Shown here: positions 25,313 to 37,400 of the stretch, in pieces
Numbering within the stretch: the stretch's first letter is position 1
Layout of the letters: each line of letters begins with the position of its first letter
Assembly: GCA_015680685.1 (NCBI GenBank)
Contig: MNCI01002989.1
Span: 777,706 to 841,705, forward strand
DNA length: 64,000 bases
Direction: 5' to 3'
Origin: Gnetum montanum
Taxonomy: Eukaryota > Plantae > Gnetophyta
Translations under genes and position numbers: made by a program
The notes under the pieces: generated by a model
Told to the model about the DNA's origin: nothing
Database searches by the model: none
What the model saw: only the letters and a program-made list of their open reading frames with translations

Positions 25313-28300
25313 TCAATCATAGAGGTTTAAAGGCAACAAAATTAGTTTCCTATTGAAACTCAAGAAAAGTATGTTTGACTTATCCAAATGAAATTTTGCA
25401 GTCATTAACTAGGTATGCCATTGGAGAGCAGCCTAAGAAGCCTCCTTATTGAAGCCCATAAGCATGTATGGGCACTGACCTACTTGTAGCCATTGTTGAA
25501 CCTCTGCCTCATGTGCCTTGTCAAATCGTTGTTGCATTTGTTATTCCTCAACAAATGTCCTATCTAGTTACTCTTTTTCTACTTCTTCACAATGCTACTA
25601 CTCAACATCCTCCTCCTATAGGATCTCTACGCAAATTTCTTGGTGGAGCTCTTGTTTTTTCTCTTTCCATCACAAGGCTTCTTGATGTTCCAACTATTAC
25701 TAAAGTTGCTCCAACTCCTCTATATGGCATTGGTGTTTGACCTAGGTCTTTGCCTAAACATCCCGCATCTATTAGATTATAATCGCCTTTTATCGACTTC
25801 TTTGTTCCTCCTAAACCTGAGCCATTGTATCTTCTAGCGTCTGATAGAACCAAGTGTCCTCTGCCCTCATCAATACATTCTTATGATCCATATGAGATGT
25901 CTCCCCATGCTCCTGAGGGGGTGCAAAGGATGACATCCCTACATCCCTAAACACCTCAGCCATAAGTTGTACCTTGTGTTGATAAAATCGGTGAATGATG
26001 GGTCACAACAATGGGTTCTATGGCCGTGTAGCCTACCACAACACTAAAATGAAACCAAAGTACCAACCTTGGCATTCCTACCTTAGGGACACCAAAAAGA
26101 ACTTAGGTAAGTTAACTGGACGCAACTCCCTCATGCATCAGGGAACAACAAAACGAGTGCATTGTAGCTTTCAAGTGTTGGCTGATTGGATGAAATATCT
26201 ATCCAAAAGTTTCACAACCTCCTACAACAGTTGTAGAAATGCAAGCCTTGATACCTAGCCACTCACAATATTGGGGACATTGCTTGGGGAAAATGCTGCA
26301 ACATCCTATAGCCCCCTTCTAGTAGGTAAAATGACCTTCCCTAGGGTCGACACCCCCAAATAGCCCACAAGTGCCTGTTTAGTGATGGTAATAAAGACTC
26401 TGTAAAAAGTGATAATATCACCTCACCAATTTTTATAAAAACTAGCATTGGGGAGGTCTAGGTCACCCACCAACAATAGCAAAACCTTCATCCAACCCAT
26501 GGTTATAAAAACCTCCCACAGTTATCATTTCTATTGGTATTTATCTATGTTTGGTTCAAACATCGGGGTGGCCCCAATGACCACAGAAGTTTCCACCCAC
26601 ATCCTTGTAGTCAAACAAGCAATGCACACTAGGTTGTGAGCCTACTTTGACCAAAAGACTACAACATTCCACATTGTCTAGATATGCCGAAGAATAGAGG
26701 TGCTGATGTTGTCCCCCACAATGTGTAGAGAAGGAGGGGGCTTTAGGAGTCACTATACCACAATCGTAAAAGACTAGTTCACAAATAGGTGCTACATGAT
26801 TTCTTTATAAGCGTTGTAAAGGGGGCAACAATCAATACTTAGAATGCCTAGACATGAAAGTTGCACCTGTAATGGCAGGGCATCATGTTGTAGTAACCAA
26901 GCGAAACTCTTGAGTTTTTCTAGCAACCTTCCTTTCCATAATTGCCTCCAATTATCTTAGGGTAGATACTTGATTTTCAAAGTCTCATTGGGCTTCAAAC
27001 CCAACATGCCCCAATGCAATAGTTCATATGGATGCTCAAAAATATTGTGCCACATGGGTGAGTCCCTGGGCCTTGACATCCATGGTATATACTTCTAGCT
27101 CATGATCTGTGCCCATGATAGTCTATGTTCTGATTCTTCCATGAAGTGATTTATGATAAGCTAATGTTCCATCAATAGGACATCCTCAAATTTTAAAATC
27201 CTCATACTGCCCACTTGCTTCGACTTGGACATAGTATACTAGTTAACTAGATGTAATTGATTCCCCACTTTTCCTCCCGACCGAACAAAGTTTTTGATAA
27301 TTTGAATGATTTTGTCAATCATCCCCTTGGACAATATGACAACCGAAGCCACATACCAGGTAATTACAAGAAACATTGAAGAAGCTAGCAAAACCTTAAC
27401 ATGACGCATTAAAATCTGACTTGTCCAGTTCTCAATACCTTCCAATAACTGCTTCACCAATGAAATTCTAGTAGCCTTTCTATTCCAAGAAAAAACAAGG
27501 ATCCCAAGGTACATTTCTTTCTCTGCACTTGGCAAGATCTCCAAGGATTGACAAGCCTACTTGTGAATCAAAGAATCAGTGCTGAAAAAATGGATGGTCG
27601 ACTTGCCCCTATTTGGCCAAAATCCAACCTCCTCAACCATATGATCTAACACCCAGTTAATCACTTGGGCCTGCATAATAGAAAACCAAGTCATAATAAT
27701 TGTATCATCAGCATAATGTTTAGCAATACATGTATGGCCAGTGATGCTCACACCTTGAATCCCCTCCTTCCCAAGAGAGGATCTTAACATGTCCATGAAA
27801 ATGATAAATAAGTAAGGAGATAAGGGGATGAATACCTTTTCAAAGCATAATTTCCCAGAGAGCCTACCAATCAATAGTATCATATGCTTTTACAATATCA
27901 ACTTTAACATACATACTCAAAAAATTAGCATTGTGGATGGAGTGAACCACTTCTTGCAACAAGATAATTTGGTCCTAAATGAACCTGCTCTTAACAAAAC
28001 AAACCTAGTTTGCCCCTACCAGAACTAGCATAAGAGGCTGAAGCCACTAAACTAAAATCTTAGCGAATATCCTAAAGAGAGTATTACACACCTCAATCAA
28101 TTAATAGTGGGCAGGTAGTGAGGAGTTGGAGATCTTTCACAACAAAATAATCTTGAAATAATTTATTTCCTTATGCACCTATCCCCACTAGAGCATGAGG
28201 TTAAATGCATCCAACAAATTGGGATCCAAAAATATCAAGGAATTCTTTGAAAAATTCAATGAGCTAATCATTTGGCCCTAGAGCACTACTCGATGTTATT

Positions 28301-29614
28301 GAAGCTAAGATAGTAGACAGCTTTGTAGCAGAAATGGAAGTAATGAAAGGAGTGTTATTATTCCCATTAAGTACCCATTGGACCTTCATCAAAAGTAAGG
28401 AGGATTCTCTCGTAGACTACATCACATTCTAAAAACGTTTGCATTTCATGGGCAATCTCTTGCGACTAATGAATCTACATTGACCCACAGTTTAGCAAAC
28501 TAATTCTCATGACTGCACAACTGGCCTTAGCCGCTACAAAACAAGTGAGTGTTTTGGTCCCCCCCACCCCCCCCACCTTTAAGCCACCTGATCCTAGATT
28601 GCTTTCTCTAGTACAACTCTTCTTCCTTAGTAAGACTGTATAACTCCAACAGCAGGCCATGCTCCTCCTCCTCCATAAACTCCTCATTTTCCTGTCTAAG
28701 TTGGATAGAAGCTAGTTGATCGTGTAGCTTACATCTAGTCCCTTGGAAGAAGTACTTTTGATCTAGAGACAAACCTTTAATCTTCTTTTTCAAAGAATAG
28801 AGACCCTACTTGAGAAATTCCCTCACATCAACATAGGAATTCTCATACCCTATCCATATTTGTTCAACAATCGTCCGCAGCCAAGGTTTCAACAACCAAG
28901 CTTGCTCAAACCTAAGCGAAGTTGGATAATGCCTCCAAGATGGTTGCAAGGAGCAAACCAAAGGCCTATGATCAGAAGCCTACTATAGTTTGCAAGTGAG
29001 TTGCACCTCATAGTGATTAAACATCTCAGCATGAACCCAAGCCCAATGGATACAAGATAACACCCTACTTGCACCCCTTTTCTTATTGCTCCACGTAAAT
29101 TCACCACCTGGAAGCTCAAGATCAACCAAGTTATTATGCTGTAAAAACTCCTGACTTCCAAGGGGGGAACACAAGTTAGGACCAGCACCTTGATTGGACT
29201 TCTCCCAAGGATGAAGCCATTGATTAATGTCCCCAATAAGAACCCACTTCCACTGATCAAGAATTTGTTGAACAACCGATGTTGGTTCTTCATGTAGGAA
29301 GTCTTGCCAATTTTGGGGCTTGTAGAAGTTAGTAACCCACAAACCCTTTGAAGGGAGGTATGCTGTGAGACTCCATGGGGACTCATCCAACGCCCGGAAA
29401 GGATGTAGAGACAAAGTGGCCAGGCTACCTGCGAGGCCCAACAATGCACAAAGAAATAATACCAACCCTGCCATCGAAGGAGGGCAAAGTTAGAAGCATT
29501 CAGCTTGGTGTAAGCAAACCAACATACAATTCTCTTCACGCAAGAGATCCTTCAAGGGTTATTTTGCTTATACGGGGTTACCTTGGCCTTTGTAATTCGG
29601 GACAGGATTTTCAT
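25313..29614 (-). pseudogene. L1 ORF2 (APE endonuclease, RT, CCHC zinc finger, long unassigned C-terminal extension)
   Basis: MKILS.NYKGQGNP from 29614; WVLIGDIN and LVDLELPGGEFTWSN (ORF 28983-29474); PLSPYLFII...YADD (ORF 27557-27883); YLG (ORF 27239-27544); CPL...E...HLF at ~26780-26830; ILRHI*TMWNVVVF at ~26654-26695; 3' end approximate. Confidence 0.9.
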
Positions 29615-29762
29615 GGTCTATTAACAAACCATTTTGTATAGACCTCATTGAACGTTTTTTAGGACCTGAGGTCTATGTCAAGCAGAGTCTTCGTCGTCCG
29701 CATCTTCTCATCAGAAGGCCTGCTCAACCGTTTAGGTTTGTCTGCCACAAGAAACCTCACCG

Positions 29763-29848
29763 GGGCTTCCTTGAAGACCCCAGCACCATAGACACCCATT
29801 CGCCAGGGCTTCCTTGAAGACCCCAGCACCATAGACACCCATTCGCCA
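29763..29848. repeat. Perfect 2 x 43-bp tandem duplication in the LINE 5' region
   Basis: GGGCTTCCTTGAAGACCCCAGCACCATAGACACCCATTCGCCA at 29763-29805 and 29806-29848. Confidence 0.97.
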
Positions 29849-30258
29849 AGCGAGGGAAGCTCTCCCATAGCATTCTGCGTGCCACTACCAGTGGGAGGCC
29901 ATCCCATCTGTCCCCACAGCCTCACTCCCTGCAGCTACCGTGCACCTGGGAGTAGGGGAAGAAAGAAAGGATCCCAATCCCCGCCCTCCCCCATCAGAAC
30001 AATGCCAGTCCCCCTCCTGTCAGGATGCACCAGCGTTTCCTGCCCCTTTTGCCCACCACCATCCTCTGCAGACCCCGTCCGCCCGGTCAACCCACCACTG
30101 TACAATGCATCGTATTGCTGATGTGACATCTGCACAGTTTCAACGTCCAGTTTCAACGCTTAACTGTATGAAAGAAATCAGATTTTTAGATTTCAGTGGG
30201 AACAGTGCCTTCGCCCACAAATGACCAAATCGTACGTAACTACTGAAAAAGTCGCCCA

Positions 30259-30390
30259 TTGACCGTGTCCAATTAATGAATGAACTTCTGGAAAGCCATA
30301 TTTCAAATTTGTACAGCAGCATTGGTTATCTACTATCACCATTTTGGCTGGATTTTATCAAAATACTTGATCATACATTTCTTATAAATA
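30259..30390 (+). promoter_or_regulatory. Chitinase proximal promoter: W-box and TATA box
   Basis: TTGACC at 30259-30264; TATAAATA at 30383-30390, 48 nt before the ATG. Confidence 0.8.
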
Positions 30391-30437
30391 GAGGCAAGGC
30401 AACGCGGTGGAACCAAATTAAATCCAGCAAAGCCATC

Positions 30438-31770
30438 ATGGAGAGAGGAGCAGCCCGGTTGTGCTTGATTTTGCTGGTAATGGCATTGGTGTGTGGTCAG
30501 AAAGCAGAAGCAGAAGCACACGGAGGAGTGGCATCCATTGTTACGGAGGAGATATTCAATCAGATTGTGGCTCCTAATTCTTCTTCTTGTGAAGGATCTG
30601 GCTTCTACACTACTTACTCTACCTTTATAGATGTTGCCAATAGCTTTTCTGGATTCGGCACCTCCTCTTCTGACGACGTCAATCGCAGAGAAATTGCTGC
30701 CTTCTTTGGCAACACGGCCCACGAAACCATCGGTAAATGTCCCAGTTTTAATTTTGTTTTCCATTTAATTACACAACACACTTTTGTCTGTGGGCGCTAA
30801 AAAATTTATTTATTTCCAAGTCTGGTGACCACAGTATGAAATTTATTTTTATTCTTTAGTTGTACAAGATTAAATTGGATTACTGATTAAGATGGACTTT
30901 GTTGCCTGTGCTGGGCATACTTACAGCCCTGTTCACCTGCATAAACTAGACTATTATATTATTACTGTTAGAAATTTATTTATAACTGGTACAACTACTG
31001 TGTTTTTACGGGAGCACAGATTGGGTTATTAGTTACGGAAATGTTTCTTGTGTAATTATTACAAAATATTTCCGTTTCCAATGTTTTGTTGGTTTGATCT
31101 GGAAAAAGATTGGATCTATAATGTTTACGTTTACAATTGTACATACTTTCTCATACATTAAAGTTTTATTCTCTAATCTCATATGCACAATCTTTTATCG
31201 ACACCGATTCCCTTCAAGTTTTCAATTAGGTTGATAATTTTGACATATTAAAGACATTTCTGTAATCCTTTTCGCTGAATATCACTGTAACAACTACCAA
31301 CCGTAAAATTTGAATAACGAATGGGGTTGATATGTTGGTTTTAACTTTTGACAGGGTTCTGCTACATAAATGAGATAAATCCTGGAAGCGACTACTGCGA
31401 CACATCCAACACAACATACCCGTGTGTGTCAGGGAAGAAATACTACGGGAGGGGACCCATTCAGCTTTCATGGAACTTCAATTATGGACCTGCTGGTCAA
31501 TATCTCAACTTTGACGGGCTGGGTGATCCTGATACAGTGGCTCGCAATGCCAAAATTTCATACGGCACCGCCGTCTGGTATTGGATGGTGCAAAGCTCCT
31601 GCCACAAGGACATCACATCAGGCCAGGGCTTCGGTGCCACCATTAACGACATTAACGGTGCTATTGAGTGCAATGGTGGTAACAGTAACGCTGTACAAAG
31701 CCGCGTGAATTATTACAAGAAATTCTGTCAGTTGCTGGGTGTAGACCCTGGCTCTAACCTCACCTGCTAA
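30438..31770 (+). CDS. GH19 endochitinase (PR-3), class IV-type catalytic domain without chitin-binding domain (class VII-like), 236 aa, secreted; exons 30438-30732 and 31355-31770
   Basis: Signal peptide [19 protein letters not shown]; REIAAFF..TAHETIG|FCYINE joined by a phase-1 GT(30733)..AG(31354) intron; [29 protein letters not shown] and [10 protein letters not shown]; 711 nt open frame with both catalytic Glu retained. Confidence 0.97.
30733..31354 (+). other. Chitinase intron (622 bp, phase 1)
   Basis: G|GTAAAT donor and TTTTGACAG acceptor; splicing restores the HETxGFCYIxE motif. Confidence 0.95.
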
Positions 31771-33759
31771 GAGAAAACTAATCCTCCTCCTCCTCCTACT
31801 GCTGTTGGTGGCTGCTGCTGCTATGCCTCATCTCTGCTTTCTTGCTTTATTTTGCCTGCTTGGAGTTTAGTTTAGTTTTGTCCTTCATTCCGCATCCCTT
31901 GCAACGTCACAATAATTGTTTCAGAACGCAATCAAAGAACGTTTAATTCAACGTTTCATGTGAATGGTGGACTGGTTGGGCTCCTTGTTGATGCAGCAAG
32001 CTTTATTTCTCCATGAGTTGATGTTCAATCTCTTTTAAATAATAATTTGCCACTATCTGCACGCAAGCTTCAAGGGATTTCAAGAATGTAATAGGCATAT
32101 GTAAAACTACTATGCTTTTTCTTTAAACTCTTTTTTATGTTAATGATTGGATGTAATTTGAATTTTTTTCATTATTATTTACTTATTTATTTTTACATTC
32201 CTACACCCCTCAATAAATTAACAAATTATGAATTCACACTGGGTTTAAGGAATATTACTGTTATATGCTTTAGAGTTTACATAGTTAGTTGTGTACGGTG
32301 GAGGTTACAACTAATAATTCCTACCTCAAATGTAAAAGGTAAAGAAATATGTTAAAACTTATGACTTGTATGAATTAAAATAAAGTATCATGTCAAAACA
32401 AACAATAACATGGATCTTGATTCATGCAAAAATTTGATTGATTTTGGAGCTTTTGTTTAATGCTTAGTATGTGATGTACTTTAATTTATTAATTGCTCTT
32501 ACTAGTAGCTAACTTTCAACCTAATGCTCAAAACTAGATAGTGCTAACCATTAAGCTAAAGGCCAAAGCCAATATTATAGAAAAGAAGTTATAAAAGTTT
32601 TCTAAACTTGTGTACCTGATATATCTAATATGGTGGATTTATTAGGGGTGGGTGGGAGGTGGATGTTGAGGTGTGTTGGAACTTACCCATATCTTAGAGA
32701 TTCCAAATTAAGAGTTTTACCACTAGGCTAACATCTCATTGTTTGGTGGATTTATTAAGGCATTATAATCAAAGCTACATGAGACTAATCCCGAATATTT
32801 GTAAACATCAATGTGAAAAGGTAAATCATCATCATCATCATTATTCTAGTTTTGTCTCAACAAAAAGGGATCGGCTACATGAGTTCTTTTTTACCATTTG
32901 CCTCTATGAAGAGCTAGATATTTGTTTATTTGCACTTTCTTCATATCATCTTCGATTATGTGATCGTTGCACATTGCATTTGAAGAATACCCTAGCATCT
33001 GCAAAATTTGAAAAAGAAACTCATCCATGAGATTTGGCAAGGTAAATAAATAAATAAATAATAAGTTACTTTTCCATCTACAATAAGAGTAAATATGAGT
33101 TCTAGAGATTAAAAGGTATTAATAGTAATGCAATAAGGAATAATCCTATTCTTTGTACTTAGAAATGGCCCTAGCCTTGAAAGAGCTAAAGTTTCCTATC
33201 TATGTCCAAAGAAATAGTATATAAGTGATTTGGCCTTATACTAATGTGTACTCAGTAATCTTTCTACACTTTGAAAATCATTAACCAAATGCAAAAAAAA
33301 TGCAAGGGGAAATATTTCCAATATTTACAATGTAGAAAAGAGGCTTGAATGCAAATAATAATAATAGTGTCTCTTAAAGAAAAAATTGATCTAGATAATA
33401 TTTAACATCTTATAAGAGAAATAATGATGTGCATGGTGAAAAGGAAAGAGATGGCTCAAATCATTATTCATAAGAAAATGTTATTTTCTTTTTTCATGAT
33501 CCTAAGTTCAAAGCTAGAAGCTAAATTGATAGCATTGAAAATCCAAAAGATACTAATAGAGTTGAAAATATCATGGTTAATGAGTTACTATAAGGGCTAC
33601 CTCTCAACCATAAGATCTCTCATACTATTGAATTTTTTTTCATGTGTTGAAATTCCCAATAAAGTTACATACCAAATTTGCCCCAATGAAAGAGTTGGAA
33701 AGACTAGTGGAGAAGCTTAGTATATGAGAGTTTAAGCCTATGTGCAATGTCTATAGTTT

Positions 33760-34070
33760 TGACATTAGAGAATGGATCCATTGAGCTATAGATATGTATT
33801 GATATCCACGTGGTTAATGAAATAATCAATACACACCAATTTTTAATGCCATATAAAGATGATATCCTAGATAATCGATGTGGTGCTAAATTTTTTAACA
33901 AGATCAATTTGAAGAGTGGGTACTACAAAGTATGGATCAAGAAGGAGATGAAAGAAAGATAGTATTCAAACTTATAACAAATTTTTTAAGTGAAGGGTGT
34001 TGCCCTTTGGTCTTACTAATGCATCCAATACTTTCATGCAATCGATGAATGAGATATTAAAATCATATCC
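33760..34070 (+). pseudogene. Ty3/Gypsy RT fragment
   Basis: PYKDDILDNRCGAKFFNKINLKSGYYKVWIK and LPFGLTNASNTFMQSMNE readable on the + strand. Confidence 0.85.
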
Positions 34071-34599
34071 TTGCTCATCATAATTTGCGATACAATTGTG
34101 AACTATTGAGCTTAATCCCTTATGATCCCCTTCAGCTCACAATAATGTTGAAATTTAAGATTTTGAAGCTACCTTATCTTAAGCCTATTTCCTTATATTC
34201 ATTATTCATTAATCCTCCATGCTTTTCCCTATAGATCTTTGGTAGTATACTAATGTGTGTAACTCCTCTATGTTAATCATATGTCATCTTCAGTCTTAAT
34301 TTCAATATTTTTGGTATTTTAAAACTAAGAGAGTGCCTTTACTCATTTGTGAAGGAATGATAAGATCTCTAGTGGCAATTTTGTAATCCTTTGTAAGACT
34401 TAAATGCATGGGAGTCCTTATGCTCAATTGGCCATATAGCCCAGGCTTATTTCAAAGTGTAATGCTTTGTCTCCTAAACATTTATCATAGTGTTCAACTT
34501 TCCTTACCACTATACTATATTACATTACTTCTCAAGATTTTTGAGTTTTATCTAAGCTTTTAAAAGTAGATTGGGACATGCCCCCTTAATCCTAACTTT

Positions 34600-35400
34600 G
34601 TGCAAATGCAAAATGATGATTTGAAAAAAGATGGATATGCTACCTTTTAGGAGGTAGCACACCCCTTATTCTACCCCCTTAGTGTTAGCATACCTCCTAA
34701 ATTCTCTTAGTAAGATTTTGATAGAAAAGTGGTTGGAAAGTAATCTTGTATGTTAGTGCCTAGGAGGTAGTGCACTCATTCCATTATGACTCTAAAAATT
34801 ATAAATACAAGGCTGAAAAGCTTATTTCTTATCTTTTTGATTTCAATTTTTATTAGCATCCTAAAGTGTGAAGAGATCCTTCTTTCTTGGATAGGTGTAT
34901 TTTATTTCTTTATTTATATTTTATATTTTGAGTCATTGCTTCATTATGCAACAAAACCTTATTGGAGTGCTATTATACTTTCATAGTCTAAAATTATTTA
35001 GTCAACATACAGTTGAGTGTTCATGTAGTGAATAAAGCTCATAATTTCCTTTATTTCTCTAATTCTAGTATGCCTTAAAAAATAAAATGCCAAAAATACG
35101 TGATTCAACAAGTTAGCACTAATTAATTAGCTCTTAATTTATTAGTCATTTTGTTTATTTAATTTATTACCTATTAGTTGTGTTGTGTTGTGTTGATTTG
35201 ATCTTCCTCATGGAGGTTGTGTCTATATGACATGATTTTGGATTATTAAGGATGCAACTGAAGAGCCATTTATTCACATTCATGTATAATAAATTGCACT
35301 TGTTCATCAAGGGATTTTAATGCAAGTATGTATATGTGGCATTACACCTATTCCTCATGGAATTATGATACATGTATGTAGTTAATTGCATTTAACATGT
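34600..35400 (+). repeat. Old LTR-like repeat, copy A
   Basis: TATAAAT at ~34800 and downstream blocks (TGAAAAGC, TGAAGAG..CTTGGATA, TGATTTGA..ATTATYAAGGRTGCAACT) also present at 36842-37270; ends approximate. Confidence 0.55.
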
Positions 35401-36479
35401 GAACATCTTCAAGTTCCAAGAGTTATCAAATAAAGATGTAACATCAACTAACATCAAACTACTTAAACTCTTCAACTAGTTTCAAAATTTATCTACTTAT
35501 AGAAACATTATTCTTCCATTCAATTTAAACTAAGTATGAAATATCTACATAGAACATATGTAGTTAAGGTTAGAGCACCTTCAAGTAGAGGAAAATAATC
35601 TTAGTATCACTTAGAATAAGATTGGAAGATAGCATTCATAGTTATAAAACACTTAGAAATAATCCATAAATACAAGCAAGTTGTATTATTTAATTAGTAT
35701 CAAATAGGTTGATAGCTAATAAATTAGAATAACCATAAGATGGATACTATTATAATATTTGTATTATTATCATTAGTACTATTGTAAATTACTTTTTCTT
35801 TCTCACTATTTAGTTTGAAAATAACATTTTAAACCTTTCATTAGATATAGTACTAATCTTATAGCCATTCTAATTTCCTAACATCCTAAAGCTTATTAAA
35901 TTATCCTTTAAACTCTATCTTGGTACTTAAGTTCTTTAATAAAGGATCCAAAAAAAAAAACTTCTATAAAGGGCTAATATAAGAATAATAGAGCTAACAA
36001 AACATATAAATGATAGCGTAATGGATCTCATCTAATTCTACCTCATATGTACACATAAAGCAACTTGGAACATGGACATGATTCTAACTCCTAAGATACA
36101 ACATAAATTATACCTTAACTTTGGAAAACGTCATGCATGACCCCTTCCCTAATGCTTACTGAAGTAACCTTCCATGAAATACTTTATGATTATGATCCTA
36201 ATCTATATAAATCTTAAACTAAATACCTACAATGAGTAAGCCAATGTTATGACATCATAAAAGGAGTTATATAACCCCATATCCAAATGGATCCATGTAA
36301 CAATAATTACTCAATTATCAATAATAATATTTGTACGTCAAATTAATTTCTAAACCATATAAATTAACCAAATATTCAATGAAAGTAATCATTCTCCAGA
36401 ACATTCTCTATGTTAGCAATTGATGAGGCATCTAGTGGTAATTATATATCCCTTTGCAAGTCTAGATGCATATTTAACT

Positions 36480-37400
36480 TGTAGATTAGACTTCTTTTAA
36501 GTGTGGTGACACACCCTTGGTGGCATATCCATGATGGCACAACCATGGTGACATACCCTTAATAGTAGACCCTTAGTGCTACATCCTTGGTGGCGTATCC
36601 CTAGTGGCACATCCTTGGTAGCACATTCTTGGTGGCACATCCTTAGTGGCAGAGCCCTAGTGTCAATCCCCTAGTGATACATTTCTAGTAGCATATACTT
36701 TGTGGCAAACCCTTGGTGGCACATCCTTAATGATACCATTCCTACTGTGTTACCATCTTGGTGTCACCACTCCTAGTAGAGTACCACCATGGTGTTACTA
36801 ACTTAGTGACAACAAACCACTTCTATTACATATCCAATAACTATAAATGCTTAAGGTGAAAAGCCCTAAATTATCTTTCATTTCCAATTTTCCTTTGTAT
36901 GAAGAGTTTATTCTTCCTTGGATAAGTGTGCATTCTCTTTAATTTTGTTGAGTGTTTTGACTTATTACTTTACCATCCTATCAAAGTGATGCCAGGCTTT
37001 TGATGTCCTAAACCATTTGATTAATGTGGATTCAAGTGTTTGTGCAATTAATAAATATTAATTTGATTTAATAATTATATTTTAATGGACCTTGAAAATG
37101 ACATTTAATTAATGAAATTATAGTAGTTTTAAAAATTATAATTAAATTGACTCTTTAAAATATATTAGCACACTTTGTAGATTTGTGATGATTTGACCTT
37201 ACTTGAGAAGGTCATACATGTCCTAAATGATGTTCGATTATCAAGGGTGCAACTAAAGAGATTTTATTTCTTTTGTGTGTTAATATCATGCATATTTTAT
37301 AAAGGATTATGATGTGAATTTGTGTTTTATTTGTTTTCCATGTGTGGATGTTACATGCATCCTATAAGGGATTGCAGTGAGTTTTAATGATTATTTTATT
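36480..37400 (+). repeat. Old LTR-like repeat, copy B, with a 14-bp tandem array upstream of the TATA
   Basis: Homology to copy A; TATAAAT at 36842; ends approximate. Confidence 0.55.
36501..36735 (+). repeat. Minisatellite of ~14-bp units (GGCACATCCTTGGT consensus), ~16 copies
   Basis: Direct reading of repeated GTGGCACATCCTTR variants. Confidence 0.9.

Larger units (their letters stand above)
25009..30098 (-). mobile_element. L1-clade LINE, 5.1 kb, probably 5'-truncated within ORF1
   Basis: T10 tail at 25008-25017; 15-bp TSD TGCACAATGCATCAT (24994-25008) / TGTACAATGCATCGT (30099-30113); EN-RT-zinc finger ORF2. Confidence 0.93.

Noticed and set aside
25468-25740. 90-aa hydrophobic plus-strand ORF as a membrane protein
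   Set aside because: It is the antisense shadow of the E/Q/K-rich minus-strand frame
26050-26450. RNase H domain in the LINE
   Set aside because: A suggestive WLGIKACIST / VVKLL match needs a frameshift, and no catalytic D-G, E-A or N-x-x-A-D motifs are readable in the ORF2 frame; left unassigned
30336-30764. 142-aa antisense ORF over chitinase exon 1 (also 31424-31708 in an alternate frame)
   Set aside because: Shadow ORFs of a real coding exon with no recognisable motifs
30276-30800. ORF-track 174-aa ORF as the chitinase N-terminus
   Set aside because: It starts upstream of the TATA box and reads into the intron; the real start is ATG 30438 (signal peptide) and exon 1 ends at 30732
36501-36735. 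Repeat array as a CRISPR-like locus
   Set aside because: Contiguous degenerate 14-bp units without unique spacers, no cas genes, and a eukaryotic TE context
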